Source: Zancudomyces culisetae HAW-14-8
Taxonomy: Eukaryota > Fungi > Kickxellomycota
Length of the DNA stretch: 64,000 nt
Reading direction: 5' to 3'
NCBI GenBank assembly: GCA_052426225.1
Contig: JBNJNM010000014.1
Location: 124,001 to 188,000, forward strand
The notes under the pieces were generated by a model. The model made no database searches and was not told where the DNA came from. It saw nothing but the letters and a program-made list of their open reading frames with translations. Position numbers and translations under genes: made by a program. Positions 61,226 to 64,000 of this stretch are shown piece by piece. Within the stretch, counting starts at the first letter, position 1; each line of letters begins with the position of its first letter.

Positions 61226-61933
61226 TATTTTTTTGTTAATGGTGTCTTCAAAATTTATTAATTGTGATGAGAACAATTAATACGACCCCATCCTTTGTAT
61301 AAATTGTAAATGTATTTAAAGACCTAGTTAATTACACATTTACGTGATAGTTATCTTTTTAGCAAAAGATTATTTAGATTTTAGTATTAATGCAGTGTGT
61401 TTCGGCGTTCAATTGTACAAGTAGTGGAAACACATAGTTTACCCACAAGATTTAATTGCAATTTTTAGACCTTTTAATTAATATTGGATCCTGACTTGAA
61501 AATATTAAATTTCTCAACTTAAAATTTTAATTTCGAGGCATAAATTTATAATAGTACCTTTGTTTGATGACAGATAGTCAATATGTATACTTTCAGATTC
61601 TTTAACATGATTCAAAGTCAAATTGTTGATGTTTTCATTTAACTCTGAAAACGAATAATGTGTGAATTAGCTTCAGTTGATTTCACATTATTATGATATT
61701 ATTTTTTAAACCTATCATAGGAATTATTAAAGATTTAGCTTTTTGAATTATAGTATAATTTGAAATTTTTGAAAACATCTTGACACATTATTCGTTGCTC
61801 AGATATGTAGTATTTAAATTTCTCTATTTTATATTGCTATTATTTTGTTGGTGAGTTCGAAAATAACGTTATCTATACTATAATTAATTAGTTATTGACC
61901 AAAGTAACAAATAATATGTAATACGCTACAATA

Positions 61934-63613
61934 TTAACGAATCTTAAAGTACAGTCCCTTGTTTGTGCAAAAATCGCTAAGAGAGGTATAGTGAGTGAAT
62001 GCGGGCTGTCCATGCTTATTTTTTTTAACAGAATAATTGGCATGCACCTCGTATTTTCTAATTATCATTGCCAACATCAGCTTCATAAGTGCAGCTGCAT
62101 ACACCCTTGCTAGACAGACCCGATTGCCAGCACCCCACATTAAATTAGCCAACGAAGCATCAGTTAGTTTGAGACCAAGACGAATGTGTCGCTTGTAGTC
62201 GAATTCATCCGCATTTGGCCCAAATATCCTAGAATCCCTATTATGCGCTTGAATGTTAAAACTCACATATTGATGTTTAGAAATAGTCACTCCATTAGAC
62301 ATCACTACTTCCTGGGTTGTGCAACGTGGCATGAATAAATCTGATCCTGAAAGCCTGATTGTTTCTTTAATGAATGCATCCAAGTACACCATTTCGTCCA
62401 GCATCTCGAATGGAATATGCTTTTTACCATCATTCTTTTCAATAAGTTCATTTTGCTCCTGCAGCAACTCTTTGTAGACATCAGGCCTCAAACTAAGTTC
62501 TACTAACAGGTTGAATACCCGCCTTGATGCCACCTCCGCACCAAGTGATACAGCCATCTGTATGCAATACGCTACATTCGCTGTTTCTGACTGAAAGATG
62601 CTAAAATTGTCTGTAAAAAACTGTATTATATCCTTTGGTTTACTATATTCGGGAAGATATTTTCTGCGGCTCGATTCAAGTTCAAAATATTCAAAAATGT
62701 AGTTATTGCCTAAATATCCTGCAGTAAACAGTGCCGAAAAAAACTCTTGATCACTGACGTCTCCAAGAGCGGCCGATTTCGTGGCTTTTTTTAAGCTTCC
62801 AATCAAATCCTTGTCCCTTATTGCGTATGGGCCAAAAAATCTAAATACTATAGCAAATCTAACCATATTTTTTACTGTTTCGTACAAGTTGTTAACCACA
62901 ACCTCATTTCCATTATACATGCTTCCAGAGGATATAACCTCTTTCCTGATTACACGTTCCAGAGTTGGTTGGATTGCTTCCATAGATTCTTTCAAATCAA
63001 CATATGAAAGAAAATATAACAAGTATCTTCTGTATAGGATATCGCTCATATCCATTCCTCTGGTTAGTACTGTATATTTGTGGTGGTTTCTTAGAAAAGC
63101 CCGATTCTTATTGAATATTGTGTCTGGATGATTTACATATTCTGATGAAAACCGCCCACCGATCAAAACACTTCTTCCTTTGTCCAAATTAACCGTATAC
63201 AGAGTTTGATTCATGTGTTTTCCGTAAATTACACCTTCGTCTTTGCTCTCCTTGGAAGAGTTACGGTTAATACTAGCCTCTATACATTTTACTTTTTTTA
63301 AACCATAGGGTACTGCTATTTCCTTCACCGTTATTTTTATTTTTTCTGACATTTGATAACAGCAAAGAAGAAGCAAGGTAATGTTCTTAATAAAAACTAG
63401 TACTTCCTGTAGCCATTGGTCCGAGGCAATGAATTTTAATATCCATTTTATATCGCATGCCAACAATGGTAGGTAGATAAGATTTGTCAGTATGTGTCTA
63501 TATTCACTCTCTGTTGCAAATAACACAAGGTCATCAACCAATTGTATTGAAAATAATATTCGCAGAATATAGTCGTGTACGTAAAAACTCAAACCCAGAA
63601 TTGACCTTTCCAT
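61934..63613 (-). CDS. Divergent cytochrome P450
   Basis: K-helix LDAFIKETIRL, heme loop WGAGNRVCLA, I-helix region followed by RPDVYKELLQEQ, hydrophobic N-terminus. Exact start uncertain. Confidence 0.88.
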   Translation of the reverse strand: MERSILGLSFYVHDYILRILFSIQLVDDLVLFATESEYRHILTNLIYLPLLACDIKWILKFIASDQWLQEVLVFIKNITLLLLCCYQMSEKIKITVKEIAVPYGLKKVKCIEASINRNSSKESKDEGVIYGKHMNQTLYTVNLDKGRSVLIGGRFSSEYVNHPDTIFNKNRAFLRNHHKYTVLTRGMDMSDILYRRYLLYFLSYVDLKESMEAIQPTLERVIRKEVISSGSMYNGNEVVVNNLYETVKNMVRFAIVFRFFGPYAIRDKDLIGSLKKATKSAALGDVSDQEFFSALFTAGYLGNNYIFEYFELESSRRKYLPEYSKPKDIIQFFTDNFSIFQSETANVAYCIQMAVSLGAEVASRRVFNLLVELSLRPDVYKELLQEQNELIEKNDGKKHIPFEMLDEMVYLDAFIKETIRLSGSDLFMPRCTTQEVVMSNGVTISKHQYVSFNIQAHNRDSRIFGPNADEFDYKRHIRLGLKLTDASLANLMWGAGNRVCLARVYAAALMKLMLAMIIRKYEVHANYSVKKNKHGQPAFTHYTSLSDFCTNKGLYFKIR

Positions 63614-64000
63614 TATACACACTATTCCGATTTAATTGTTTATGTCCATATACCCTCTTGAAAGCTTTGTAGAAAAAAAAACTCTCGTTAATTTAAAAAA
63701 ATATCTCTCGTTTGAAGTCTAGAAATAGTAGAATACCTTTTTTTGAAATGCAGACTTGAGAATTCCCATTTTGACTGTTATATACTATTTTTATTTTTCT
63801 ATTTTTTTATATTTCTGATTTACTCTTTAGATTTAAAGGATAATTAAAAGGAATTTATTGATATTATCTCCCCCAAATTCTCCAAGTGGTTGTGTGGAAT
63901 TTTTAGTTTATTTTCAGTAAAATTATCCAATTTTCAATTTCATTTTTTTTAGCATTCTACACAATCCTCATTAAATTTGACAGCTACTTAAAGGCGCAGA

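Overview
AT-rich eukaryotic DNA, most consistent with an intron-poor early-diverging fungus (inference from the gene and element content, not proven). The left ~18 kb holds a few host genes: two small secreted Cys-rich proteins, a split F-box-like/ankyrin gene with a (GK)16 tract, and a cystathionine beta-synthase pseudogene. A divergent cytochrome P450 closes the right end. Between them (~18-61 kb) lies a dense nest of transposons. It starts with a near-complete DIRS tyrosine-recombinase retrotransposon (ITRs, ICR, gag, RT/RH/MT, and a YR gene split by a solo LTR), followed by a ~10 kb extremely AT-rich, ORF-free block of eroded element sequence (candidate centromeric/heterochromatic core, or uncorrected read noise). 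Further right are a DD34E Tc1 element, a second decayed DIRS, and four chromodomain Ty3/gypsy elements, one fully intact with a TSD. The nest also contains several solo LTRs, a 140-bp mini-LTR family and a second Tc1 end. The most notable signals are: (1) a conserved SQ-cluster/TPPP/bipartite-NLS module in the protease-RT spacer of one Ty3 lineage; (2) Tf1-type self-priming signatures; (3) LTRs built from consecutive hairpins; (4) a G-quadruplex motif between the DIRS ICR and ITR; (5) a DIRS with two 'right-type' termini; (6) two toxin/antimicrobial-like precursors.
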